Source: Savitreella phatthalungensis (taxonomy: Eukaryota). Taken from it: a stretch of DNA of 64,000 nt. Position 1 is the first letter of the stretch; each line of letters opens with the position of its first letter. The translations under genes were made by a program, and so were the position numbers. Of this stretch, positions 9,970 to 19,869 are shown piece after piece. The stretch lies in assembly GCA_051599415.1 (NCBI GenBank), contig AP039696.1, forward strand, positions 186,001 to 250,000, written 5' to 3'. The notes beneath the pieces are model-generated. The model saw nothing but the letters and a program-made list of their open reading frames with translations, made no database searches and was not told the DNA's origin.

Positions 9970-11510
9970 GGTCGCGACATGGAGGATCTATTGCAGTTGA
10001 TGAGAGGATTTCGTGCTAGCAACGTCGCGTCGTGTCTCGACGTCCTTATCAAGGAGTCTGCGCGAGTCCAGTGCTTGCGTAGTGAACCACGACAGATGTG
10101 ATGCTGTTACGTATGATGAAGAGTGAGGATGGATGCGTGTTCAGGAGGTTGACGTTTTGACAGAAGTCGAGGTTGCGACGAGGTTTCGATTGCCGATGTG
10201 CGTGCGTTGCTGGTCGTTGCGCCTCAGATGTCCTGCTGTCACAGGCCGGAAGTCTTCGAAGCTGACCAGACTGTCGTACGGAAGTGATACGTCTTTCCAG
10301 AAATTCGACTTTCGAGGCGAGGCCCTTTTGGTTTGGCGTTGTGTGATACTCGGCCGCTGCTCGGGAGATACAACGCGTTTCTCCAGCGGGAACCCGTCTG
10401 GGAGTGGGACGTTCCCGGCCGGGTGTAGTCTCAGTTGAGTCCCGCCAGATACTGGTAAAGTGGACGGAAAGTGGTGCAAGAAGGATAGGGAATCGCCAAA
10501 GGACGTCGAGAAAAGGGTGGATCTGACCAGTGAGGATAGTGAGCGAGCGGTGGGCGGATCAGTAACGATGAGGACTTCTCGGGAGTCTGTTCACATTGGT
10601 CGAGGGAGAATCTGAATAGCCGGGACTGGCAACTTACCCGGTTGTGGTTATCCTAAGGTTGTGATAGCTTTGGTAGGTTCTGCATGGCCTGGACCACTAT
10701 CTTTCAGATCTAGGCTTGTTGAGGCTTGCACAGATTGGGCTAGTAGCTCGTTTCTTTTGGTCGAGGTTCAAAATGTCGAGGATGAGGATGAGGATGATGA
10801 GGATGATGATGATATGGTGTGATGGAGGATAGGGTTGACTTTGACATGACTGCCTGATTCGTCTACACCAGAGAGGATGAAGATACTGTATTGGATTGTT
10901 GACCTGTGTTATCTGAGACGCCACTTTATCGGACAAATTTTTCAATCGAGGACCGAACCAGTCTGGCCAGCTTGTCGTGGACGACGACGGCGGAGACAGG
11001 TAACGCTCGGTGCTGGTGATGGTAGGATTGCCAAGTGATAAGGGGTAGAGCGGCTAGTCATTGCTTGGTACCTGTAGCACGGAGAAGTGGAAGCGGGTTG
11101 AGAGTGATAGAGGTTGTTGACATTATCTGGTATCTTGACGCTTGCCGTGGTCAGATACAGTTCGGTTGATTGAGTCAAGTCTAAGCGAAGGATTGAACAT
11201 GTCAGGTCTCGGACCGTTAGTCAGAATGGTGGAAGGGTAAACGGATACTCGCTTCGCGACGCGTATCACTAGGTGAGTTGCTCAATTGACATTGGAAGTA
11301 CTGGCAAGAGAGAATGCTCTCTTCCGTCAAGGACGATCCCGTGACCGAGAGCGTCGACGTTTTGACATGATGACGTTACTTCCTACTGCTTCTGTCATGT
11401 CTTTCATTGTCATGATGCGATTCATCGTCTGTGAGTGATGCGTCGTATCCTGATTGGTATGGGGCCGTGTCCGCTCATGAATTGCCGTGTGGGGTGTTGT
11501 TGAGGGTTTC

Positions 11511-14408
11511 CTATGACTCCTGCTGTGATTCATCCGTGGTTGTCGAGTCGGCTGGATCTGCTGCGACAGCGGTGCGATTGGATTGCGCGGAGACGGCTGC
11601 TGAGAGGAGTGCTTCAATGTCATGCCGCCTTGCTTCTGCTGCCTCTTTGCGTGATTCGCGCTTGCCGCCTAGCTTTGCGACAAGCTGACGCTTTCGCTGC
11701 TGGATCTCCAGCACTTTCTCCTCGACCGTATTGGCGACGTAGAGCTTGTAGGCCGTGACGGTCCGGCGCTGACCCATCCGGTACAGCCGGTCGAGTGCCT
11801 GATCCTCGATCGCAGGAGCCCACCAGGGATCCGTCAGGATGACTTGGGATGCCATAACCAAGTTCAAGCCGACGCTGGCGACGCCTAGCGATGCAAGCAG
11901 GACGCTACATGTCGAGTCCTCACCGAAACGACGGACGGCGAGATCCCGCATCCGCACGCTCTGCGAGCCGTCGATCCGTGTAAAGGTGAAGCCATTCGCA
12001 TCGAGCTCCTGCTCGATCAGATCGAGAAACGATGTCCACTGCGAGAAGACGACTGTCTTGACGGTCGGATCGTTCTGAGCTGTGGCTTCGAGCAGTCGCA
12101 TGAGACCCTTGATCTTGCTGCTCCTGACTGGCTTTGACCTTGCTTCCCCGTCGCTGTCCTCGCTCTCTTCATGCTTCTCCGGCTTGACTTTGGGGAGCTC
12201 GAGGAGTTGCGCTGTCTTGAGGGATGATCGGCAGAGAGGACACTCCTGCTTGAGTGCAAGACTCTCTGCGATGCACGGTCTGCAGAACGCATGCTTGCAG
12301 TGTGAGATGACGGGCGTTTTGCTCGCGAGCGGGTCCATACAGATCGGACACTCGTCCTGCGATTCTAGTCGGAGTGACAGCAGGTGTTGAAGCGCATCTC
12401 TGGTCTCGTCCGTCAATGGAACCACGTCCCCGTACGCGTCTAGCTTCTCCAGGAGCTCGAGCCGCTCCGGTGAGATGAGCTGAGTGGAGCAAGCGGCCTG
12501 GCGCATGCGGAGCAGGAGTTCGAGCATCTTGCCACGTCCTCTTGTGCCAACCGACGGCTCAGGCGCAGCCGACGGAGGCGCGTCCTCGCTCCGATGCAGA
12601 ACAGCCAGCGCCTGGTCCGCGAGCCTGTGGTACGTCTGTTGCTCTTCTTCGAATTCAAAGTCGATTCTGTAGTGGAATTCCTTGAGCTCTGGCAGGTCGA
12701 GCAGTGGTTTGCCGTGATAGGACATGTTCTTGCGTCTGCGAAGCGTGAGGTCCGCCATGATCATTCGCAGAAGTTGAAGTGCGTTCTCCCGCACTTGCGG
12801 ATCCGTACTGCCCATCGACCTCGTGATTCTGGCAGCGAATACGTTCGGCTCGCTGAGACCGCCATCCCACCCCACGAAGCGCACATACGCTGCCAAGTCG
12901 TTGTAGGTGTTGACAACAGACGTGCCTGTCAGACACCATCGCCTGTCTCCCTTGAGTGCCGCCACCGCTGCCGATCTCTGTGCCTTCGGGTTTCGAATTC
13001 CGTGCGCCTCATCGAGCACAATTCGTCGCCAGGTGAGGTTGAACAGTGTGGCATCTGAGTCGCCATCTTCTGCACGCTTGCAGTCGTTGGCGACCATACC
13101 GTAGGTGGTCAGGACTATTTCGTTGCGTTGGAGTTCTGCCTTTGTGGGTTTATTTGTGCCGTGGTAGATACATAGCTTGACATGACCTGCGACATGCTGC
13201 TCTACTTGGGCCTGCCACTGGCTCAAGAGCGTCGTCGGGCAGACGACGAGCGTAGGTGACTTTTGTGCGCTTCCATCCTGATCATCACTCGCGATAAGGG
13301 CGATTGTCTGCAAGGTCTTGCCGAGACCCATATCGTCACAGAGCATACCACCCCGGGCCAGCCTGGGTGAGCTTGTCTGGAACTGCGTGACGACGTTGGC
13401 GTACTCGTCACGCTGCTTCTTCCACATCTGGACATGGTCCTTTGTGGATGTCGGGAGTCTCGGGTTCTCCTTGTCCTGCATCCATCGGAGTCCAGCGAGT
13501 TGGAAGGGCAGGAGTTTTGTAGCGAGGCGTGCAGGTTGCGGAGCGAGTGGCATGGCTTCGAGGTCTTTCTCGGAGATGACCATGTCATCGATGACTTCGG
13601 CGGCGCTGCGGGACTCGACTTGCGTTGAGCTGGCAGCGATTTGGTCGAGGTCGATGACCGAGACAGGACGCTTTCTGCGCCTGCTTGCGGCGCCCTCGAT
13701 CACATGTTCACGCGTCCTCAGCCAGATGCCGGCCTTGTTGAGCTCTTCACGGAGGTCGGCGACGTTGGCAGGGTCTGCGTACACGCTGACGATCAGTGGG
13801 AGCGCGAACACGCCACCTTTCCCGAGACACGCAGCCTCGAGACGGATGACGCCGCCGTCGACCCACGGCGTCAGTGCGCGCGCATGATCTGCAGGCAGGT
13901 GTCCGACCTGTTCTCCCCGGACAGACAGCACCTGGATCGCATTCCGGTCGTACCTGTTTGTGTGCTCTCTCCTGAGCGCCACATACTCGTCCTGTGATAC
14001 GCGTCCAGCATAATACCGGATACCGACCACTTTCCCCTCGAAGCAGCCGACAAGCTCGAGCTCGACAAGACCATCATCTCCACCTGTGACCTCGACATCC
14101 TCGTCATCGCTCTCGTCACTCCCGATCGAGATTGCGTCAGGCAGTGCATCTAGGTCGACGACACCCTTCCGCGGTCGAGCGTGCGTTCGCTCCGGAGACC
14201 TATTACCGCTCTCGATTGATATAGCAGAGACCCGCCGCTTGCTGGCAATGGCATTGGCATTCACATTGGAAGTTGTGCGTGGCGTCTGCGTGGATTTCCC
14301 ATTGGATACTGACGGAGTTGAGGAAGAGCCTGAACTGAGATCGACCACAGAGACGCTACTGTCTGACCTTGCTTCTGACGCTTCTCTGCGCCTCTTCAGC
14401 GATGGCAT
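11511..14408 (-). CDS. Rad5/HLTF(SMARCA3)-like HIRAN + SNF2 ATPase + RING ubiquitin ligase
   Basis: HIRAN (VVGIRYY..LRRE.TNRYDRNAIQV), GGMLCDDMGLGKT, LDEAH, C3HC4 RING CPIC...CKHAFCRPCI...CPLCR, VFSQW, QALDRLYRMGQ. Confidence 0.93.
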   Translation of the reverse strand: MPSLKRRREASEARSDSSVSVVDLSSGSSSTPSVSNGKSTQTPRTTSNVNANAIASKRRVSAISIESGNRSPERTHARPRKGVVDLDALPDAISIGSDESDDEDVEVTGGDDGLVELELVGCFEGKVVGIRYYAGRVSQDEYVALRREHTNRYDRNAIQVLSVRGEQVGHLPADHARALTPWVDGGVIRLEAACLGKGGVFALPLIVSVYADPANVADLREELNKAGIWLRTREHVIEGAASRRRKRPVSVIDLDQIAASSTQVESRSAAEVIDDMVISEKDLEAMPLAPQPARLATKLLPFQLAGLRWMQDKENPRLPTSTKDHVQMWKKQRDEYANVVTQFQTSSPRLARGGMLCDDMGLGKTLQTIALIASDDQDGSAQKSPTLVVCPTTLLSQWQAQVEQHVAGHVKLCIYHGTNKPTKAELQRNEIVLTTYGMVANDCKRAEDGDSDATLFNLTWRRIVLDEAHGIRNPKAQRSAAVAALKGDRRWCLTGTSVVNTYNDLAAYVRFVGWDGGLSEPNVFAARITRSMGSTDPQVRENALQLLRMIMADLTLRRRKNMSYHGKPLLDLPELKEFHYRIDFEFEEEQQTYHRLADQALAVLHRSEDAPPSAAPEPSVGTRGRGKMLELLLRMRQAACSTQLISPERLELLEKLDAYGDVVPLTDETRDALQHLLSLRLESQDECPICMDPLASKTPVISHCKHAFCRPCIAESLALKQECPLCRSSLKTAQLLELPKVKPEKHEESEDSDGEARSKPVRSSKIKGLMRLLEATAQNDPTVKTVVFSQWTSFLDLIEQELDANGFTFTRIDGSQSVRMRDLAVRRFGEDSTCSVLLASLGVASVGLNLVMASQVILTDPWWAPAIEDQALDRLYRMGQRRTVTAYKLYVANTVEEKVLEIQQRKRQLVAKLGGKRESRKEAAEARRHDIEALLSAAVSAQSNRTAVAADPADSTTTDESQQES

Positions 14409-14506
14409 GAAGCTCAGCTAGCGTCCTGGTCAGTGTTCAATGTGTCTTCTGACTACGAGCACACGTCACTGGTCAAATGTACTTCCGGCTCCGCTGACTT
14501 TTTTTA

Positions 14507-14627
14507 TGTTGATTGGTGTAATGTGTTAGAGGCTACAGGCTTCTACACGTATACCTTTTATACGGAAAAACAATGCTTACGAGAATGTGATCAGTAGTCA
14601 CGTGGTGCTGGAGGATACTGTTCAACA
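14507..14627 (-). repeat. 3' LTR (121 bp)
   Basis: Identical by eye to 19469-19589; 6-bp terminal inverted repeat; minus-strand TATAAAAG at 14555-14562. Confidence 0.96.
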
Positions 14628-14635
14628 GCCCTCCC
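14628..14635 (-). other. Polypurine tract of the copia element
   Basis: Minus strand GGGAGGGC immediately precedes the TG of the 3' LTR. Confidence 0.8.
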
Positions 14636-14742
14636 GATCCGAACAGCCAGTGTTCTGCGACTCTGTGTATGGTGGAAGTGGTAGTAATGAGAGACTTGGG
14701 TGGAGTTAATGTGCTGGGTCGTGTCTTTCTGAGGATTGTCGT

Positions 14743-17673
14743 TCATTGAGTGTCTCCGTTGGCGGTGACGCTGTTGTCGTTGTTCTGAGTGGCATGTGGT
14801 GTCGTTACCTTGACCAGGTTTAGTAGTTTGTTGCTGTTCTGTAGATCGTGTCCACTTAGTGCCTTAGTGAGGCCGTCAGCAAGCATTGTAGCGGTTTGCG
14901 CGTAGCGTATGTCGACGTGTGCCGATGACAGCAGCTCACGTAGCCATTTGAGGGAGATATCCAGGTGGCGTAGTTTTTCGCTGCGTGATTGAGGATTGCT
15001 GACCGCCATTATTGTTGGTAGGTTGTCGCACCATAGGATAGGTTGTGCGGTAGGCTGCTGCACGATCTTGTTTAGTTGTTTCACCGCCTTTGTGAGCCAC
15101 AGTGCTTGCTTCGCTGATCCAGCGAGTGCCATTAGTTCAGCTTCCTGGGTTGATGTAGATACTGCTGTCTGCCTGCGTGAAGACCAGGCGATTGGCATGC
15201 CAGCCAGTCTTAGTACCAGTCCGCTTGTTGATCTGCGTGTGACAGGGTCACCGGCGTAGTTGGCGTCGCTCCAGACCTCTAGTTGCATTTCGCCTCCTTT
15301 GCTCTGGTAACGTATACCCATAGGGTTGCAGGCTAGATAATGCACAACTCTCCTGGCTAGACACCAGTGTGTTGTAGTTGGTTTGTTGCTGTAGCGTGAG
15401 AGAACGCTCACTGCGTAGGCAATGTCCGGCCTGGTGCATGTGGATAGGAAGATCAGTTTGCCGATAATGTTGAGATAGGCGACACGATCAACTGGTTCTG
15501 TTTGATCGTTTAGGTTGACGTTCTTCAGGTCAAGGGGTGTTGAAGATGGTCTTTTGAATTTGCTGAGGTCCGTGGCCTGTGCCAGCCGTGTACTGTAGGC
15601 TACCTGGTCCATCTGTAGCTGGTCTTCGTTGCGAGTGATGTTTATACCGAGTAGAGTGTTGGTTCCAGTGCCAAATTCGCCTCGATAGTCGACCTTGAAG
15701 GACGTCTCAAGGCTCCTTAGCAACTTTTTTGCGCCAGGTCCAATCAGCAGCATGTCGTCGACGTAGACGACTATGATGCAGAGTGGTTGTCCAATTGTGC
15801 TTGTGAATATACACTCATCTGCGTCTAATTGAGCGAAACCGAGACCCATAATGATCTTTGAGAGGTGGTCGTAGAATGCAAGTGGACTCTGTCGCAAACC
15901 CCACATAGCTTTTTTCAGTCTGCATACCTTTGTAGGTCCTCCGACGTGGAATCCAATCGGTTGGGCCATGAATACCGTGTCGTCTTGTAACGGTGCACTC
16001 AGGAAAGCGCTTTTGATGTCCACCTGATGGATTTCTAGTTGGTTGTGCACAGCAAACGCTATAGCGAGCCTTATGGTCGGGACCTTTGCGACTGGGGCAA
16101 ATGTGTCGTTGTAGTCTATTCCTTCGACCTGATGGAAACCTTTGATTACCCACCTGCACTTGATTGAGGCGAGTGTGTTCTGTGGGGTTCGTTTCGCAGC
16201 AATCACCCATTTACCTGGCAACGCTTTGCATCCTTGAGGGAGATCGACAATGTCGTACACTTCGCTCTCCAGGAGACTTGCCATTTGTTCTTCGAATGCG
16301 CGACGAAACCACTTCCAGTGTGGCGATTGTTGTGCTTGTTTGTAGGATGCTGGTATCTCGCTGTCTTGGAGGTGTAGGGGCCAGGTTGTGTCGTTCGAAG
16401 GGGCAGTTACGAAGGCGTATTGTTGGTTTTCATCATTTGTGTCGTCATCGTCTAGGGAAACCATCGTCAGGAAAGCTCGATTGTTCCGGTTGATGATACG
16501 TTTGCTTCGGCGTACAGTTCCCAGGTAAGGTGGATCCCTGGACTCGTTGTCTGTGGACGTGGATGTGATTTGTGGGGACTTCGGCATTGTCCCGGGCATG
16601 TCCCTTCTCTCTGTGGTCTCTCCTGTGGTAGTAGGGTTTTCAGGTGATGCGTGCGTTTGGAGTTCGGTATTGTCAGTCAACGCTTTGCTGTTTCGGCTGT
16701 CTGTCGAAGGTGAGTGTGTGTGTTCGATTGTTAACGACGGTTGTGTTTCTTCGAAGGGTTCGCTTAGGTAGTCCATCTGTATCTCCATCACATCTGCTTC
16801 AGTAGTTGGAGTTGTGGCAGGCGGAGGGGGTACCCTTGGCGGCCTAGGTGCATGGGATTCATCGGAGATCGTTTCAATGGGTACTTCGATTATCGCTTGC
16901 GGCACAGGTTCTTTCTCATCTGCTGTTTGAATTCCAGGGCGCTCGGATTCGAAGAATGTTACGTCTCGAGCAATGAGAGTCTTCCGTGCCATCGGGTCAA
17001 ACATTAGGTAGCCCTTGGTGCCAGCAGGGTAGCCCACGAATACACATGGAGTTCCTCTTGGCGCAAATTTGTGCTTTGAGAGTTGGTTGCGTACCATCCC
17101 CAGGCATCCAAAGGTTCGCATGACGACTGTTGATTCTTTTTTGTGGATGACTGTGTAAGGAACAATGTTGCGGGAGTTGGCGACCCTGTTAATCGTAAAC
17201 GCAGCCGTAGCACACGCGTATATCCACCAAGAACTTTCAACAGGTAGTCTGGCGTCTTGCAACAGGCATCTAGTGCGCTCTGCTAGTGTCCTGTTCATGC
17301 GTTCAGCTACTCCGTTTTGCTGTGGTGTGTACGGTACTGTCAGTTGGTGAACAATTCCCTTTCTAGCTAGTTCTTGGTCGAGTAGTTTGTATTCTGTGCC
17401 GTTGTCAGTTCGCAATATCTTTATCTTTGCATGGTGTTGGTTCTGAATCATCGAGAACCAGTTCTTGATCCTGTCCACTGCGTCAGACTTCTTGAGGATC
17501 GGCAATGCCCAAATATAACCCGTGGCGTCGTCTACCATTGTTAGGATGTATTTAGCAGCAGGACTTCCTGTGATTGGTCCCATGATGTCGCTGTGGATGA
17601 TTTCGAATGGGTTTTGAGCTCTGTCTACTCGCGTTGGGAATGCTTGGGCAGGTATTTTGCTAGCCACACAGAT
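14743..17673 (-). CDS. pol: Copia Pol, integrase core-RT-RNase H part (out of frame with the upstream part)
   Basis: HSDIMGP, VDDATGY, LRTDNGTEY, NGVAERMNRTL, GYPAGTKGY, QVDIKSAFL, VYVDDML, WSDANYAG, LADGLTKAL. Confidence 0.93.
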   Translation of the reverse strand: MCVASKIPAQAFPTRVDRAQNPFEIIHSDIMGPITGSPAAKYILTMVDDATGYIWALPILKKSDAVDRIKNWFSMIQNQHHAKIKILRTDNGTEYKLLDQELARKGIVHQLTVPYTPQQNGVAERMNRTLAERTRCLLQDARLPVESSWWIYACATAAFTINRVANSRNIVPYTVIHKKESTVVMRTFGCLGMVRNQLSKHKFAPRGTPCVFVGYPAGTKGYLMFDPMARKTLIARDVTFFESERPGIQTADEKEPVPQAIIEVPIETISDESHAPRPPRVPPPPATTPTTEADVMEIQMDYLSEPFEETQPSLTIEHTHSPSTDSRNSKALTDNTELQTHASPENPTTTGETTERRDMPGTMPKSPQITSTSTDNESRDPPYLGTVRRSKRIINRNNRAFLTMVSLDDDDTNDENQQYAFVTAPSNDTTWPLHLQDSEIPASYKQAQQSPHWKWFRRAFEEQMASLLESEVYDIVDLPQGCKALPGKWVIAAKRTPQNTLASIKCRWVIKGFHQVEGIDYNDTFAPVAKVPTIRLAIAFAVHNQLEIHQVDIKSAFLSAPLQDDTVFMAQPIGFHVGGPTKVCRLKKAMWGLRQSPLAFYDHLSKIIMGLGFAQLDADECIFTSTIGQPLCIIVVYVDDMLLIGPGAKKLLRSLETSFKVDYRGEFGTGTNTLLGINITRNEDQLQMDQVAYSTRLAQATDLSKFKRPSSTPLDLKNVNLNDQTEPVDRVAYLNIIGKLIFLSTCTRPDIAYAVSVLSRYSNKPTTTHWCLARRVVHYLACNPMGIRYQSKGGEMQLEVWSDANYAGDPVTRRSTSGLVLRLAGMPIAWSSRRQTAVSTSTQEAELMALAGSAKQALWLTKAVKQLNKIVQQPTAQPILWCDNLPTIMAVSNPQSRSEKLRHLDISLKWLRELLSSAHVDIRYAQTATMLADGLTKALSGHDLQNSNKLLNLVKVTTPHATQNNDNSVTANGDTQ

Positions 17674-19267
17674 TTTTACAGGCTTGTATCGCTGTTTTGT
17701 TTCTTTCCAAGTCGGTCGCGTCGATTGGTAGCAGTTTGCCGGTCGCCATGCGGGCCATCGTAGAGTAACCTGCGTGGCCGAGGCGTGTATGCCACAGTTG
17801 GATCTCCTTGTCAATTGCTTCTTTGGTTTGCACTGTCGTGCAGGCTTGTTCTTCAGCGTATTGGTCAAATTCTGTGTCAGAAATAGTCACCGCCTTCGTG
17901 TATCGCAGGCTGAAAAGATTGCGTGTCACTAGGTCACCGTGCAGGACTGGCTGGGCTGTCACAGCGTCGCGTAGAACTGGTCCGGACTTGGTCCAGGTCA
18001 TATCGAGGCCTTTGTTGATTAATTGTCCAACACTTAGTAGATTTCGGCACCAAGGTGCGTAGTATACTTCAGTGATTCTGATGCCAGCCAACGTGCCATC
18101 TGCTTGCTGTACCTCGAACCACAGGTCACCTATGCCTTCGGTCCAGTGGACTGTACCTGTTGCCACTTGAATTGATACTTTCTTTTCACGATAGTTGAAG
18201 AGTAAGTCACGGCGGTGTGTCAAGTGGTTGGAGGCTCCAGAGTCGAGCAGGAAGACTCCATCCAAGGTGTTTGCTTTGGTTGTGGTTTGGGTGAATGCCA
18301 CAATTTGTTCGTCCACCATGCAAACAGCTAGGTCAGCAAATAGTGAGATGTCTTCGAGGGTCTCCACAGCACTGAAGGAGTAGGTCGTTGGAGGTGCGCT
18401 TGGTGGACGACTCGTGTTCTTTCGCCTCGAGCCCCAATTAGCGGGGCGAAGGTGTTCATTACCTGGTTTGAAGAAGCATGACTCGTCAGAGTGGTTTTGT
18501 CGATGGCAGTAGGAGCATTCTTTCTTTTGTTTTGAGTGACTCTGTGTAGCAAATGCTACGCTTGTCGTATTGGATCGAAGCGCGGATCTGGCTTCAGCCC
18601 ATGTCTTGAGGTCTTGTTCAGCGTCATCAACTGACCTATACGAGTCAATCTTGGTGACTGCGCTGTCAATGAAGTTGCTGAATAAGTCGTCTGGTAACTT
18701 GTTGAGGAATCGCATGATCTCCAGTCGGAGTAGCTGTTCGCTAGTTGGATTGATGAAATTGACGCCTGCTGCGTTGGCGTCTGCAAACAGGCTGGAGCGG
18801 CTCTCGATGAATTTAGTGACGCCTTCGCCGATTGTTTTGCAGTTTTCCATCGAGAAGGTCATTTCGTCCATTCGCTTGAGTAGTCTGAATTCTACTGGGG
18901 CACCTCGTGGACGGAAAGCCCTTTTGAGGTTGTTCCAAGCATCATAGGGCGTTCTTGCGTTGTGAATGTAGTGGGTGATGCTTGGGTGCACAAATGAGTA
19001 TAGGTTCAGTTGTGCTGCATGTAGTTTGTCAGACACAGGGATTGGCCATTTTTCTTCCGGTAGTCCTGCAACGTCGTGGATTGTAGCCCAGTCGGGGTGG
19101 AACATGTCATGGAGTTTACGTAGTCTCATGGCACCTGAGAACATGATGCTCCAGTGCTGGTAGTTTTCCACGCCGGTTAAGATTGGGATTCTGTACATCC
19201 CAAGTTTGTTGCTGGAAGTCGCATCACTGGCGTTCCAGGCTTCATCTTCTGTCTTGATACTCGCCAT
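17660..19267 (-). CDS. gag: Copia Gag-protease-start of integrase
   Basis: LTGVENYQHW, zinc knuckle CSYCHRQNHSDESC, protease LLDSGASNH, NLLSVGQL, integrase WHTRLGH. Confidence 0.92.
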   Translation of the reverse strand: MASIKTEDEAWNASDATSSNKLGMYRIPILTGVENYQHWSIMFSGAMRLRKLHDMFHPDWATIHDVAGLPEEKWPIPVSDKLHAAQLNLYSFVHPSITHYIHNARTPYDAWNNLKRAFRPRGAPVEFRLLKRMDEMTFSMENCKTIGEGVTKFIESRSSLFADANAAGVNFINPTSEQLLRLEIMRFLNKLPDDLFSNFIDSAVTKIDSYRSVDDAEQDLKTWAEARSALRSNTTSVAFATQSHSKQKKECSYCHRQNHSDESCFFKPGNEHLRPANWGSRRKNTSRPPSAPPTTYSFSAVETLEDISLFADLAVCMVDEQIVAFTQTTTKANTLDGVFLLDSGASNHLTHRRDLLFNYREKKVSIQVATGTVHWTEGIGDLWFEVQQADGTLAGIRITEVYYAPWCRNLLSVGQLINKGLDMTWTKSGPVLRDAVTAQPVLHGDLVTRNLFSLRYTKAVTISDTEFDQYAEEQACTTVQTKEAIDKEIQLWHTRLGHAGYSTMARMATGKLLPIDATDLERNKTAIQACKNLCG

Positions 19268-19453
19268 CTGTTGAAGATGGTGGTTGTTGTTTTTTGTCGT
19301 TTACGTTAAGATTGTTTGTGATTCTTGTTTTTGAGGGTTTTTGCTCGTTTTTCTTGAGTATTGGTAGTCTTGTTGTTGTCTACCTGGGTGTCAGCTGTGT
19401 GACAGGTCGTCAGGGACGTCTTGATGCTGTGTACGGGTCTTGACTAGCGCACA

Positions 19454-19468
19454 GTCAGTCTCATAATC
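19454..19468 (-). other. Primer-binding site (half-tRNA type)
   Basis: Minus strand GATTATGAGACTGAC directly after the CA of the 5' LTR; complementary to a tRNA-Met anticodon arm. Confidence 0.8.
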
Positions 19469-19589
19469 TGTTGATTGGTGTAATGTGTTAGAGGCTACAG
19501 GCTTCTACACGTATACCTTTTATACGGAAAAACAATGCTTACGAGAATGTGATCAGTAGTCACGTGGTGCTGGAGGATACTGTTCAACA
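19469..19589 (-). repeat. 5' LTR (121 bp)
   Basis: Identical by eye to 14507-14627. Confidence 0.96.
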
Positions 19590-19869
19590 TTTTAGACGCG
19601 GTCTGCTCGTCCGTGTTCAGTTTGTTCCCGCATGCAGGCGATCTTGATAAGATAGATATCATCGAGTTAAGCACATCGATCGCCTGGCTGGACTGGCACA
19701 AAAGCAGCCCTGCAAGTCAGAGTCATTGTCAAGTCAGTGTTACGTAGAGAAGCAAAGTAGAGCACCTGTCAGGGAGATATGAATGCGATGCTTGATGGTA
19801 GAGTATCCTACCGCTGAACTATGGGACTTTAGATGCTGTTCGGACCAGCCGGACAACGCTTCTGATTGC

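Larger units (their letters stand above)
14507..19589 (-). mobile_element. Full-length Ty1/copia LTR retrotransposon (5083 bp)
   Basis: Two identical 121-bp LTRs (TGTTGA...TCAACA), 5-bp TSD TTTTA at 14502-14506 and 19590-19594, domain order gag-PR-IN-RT-RH, plus PBS and PPT. Confidence 0.97.
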
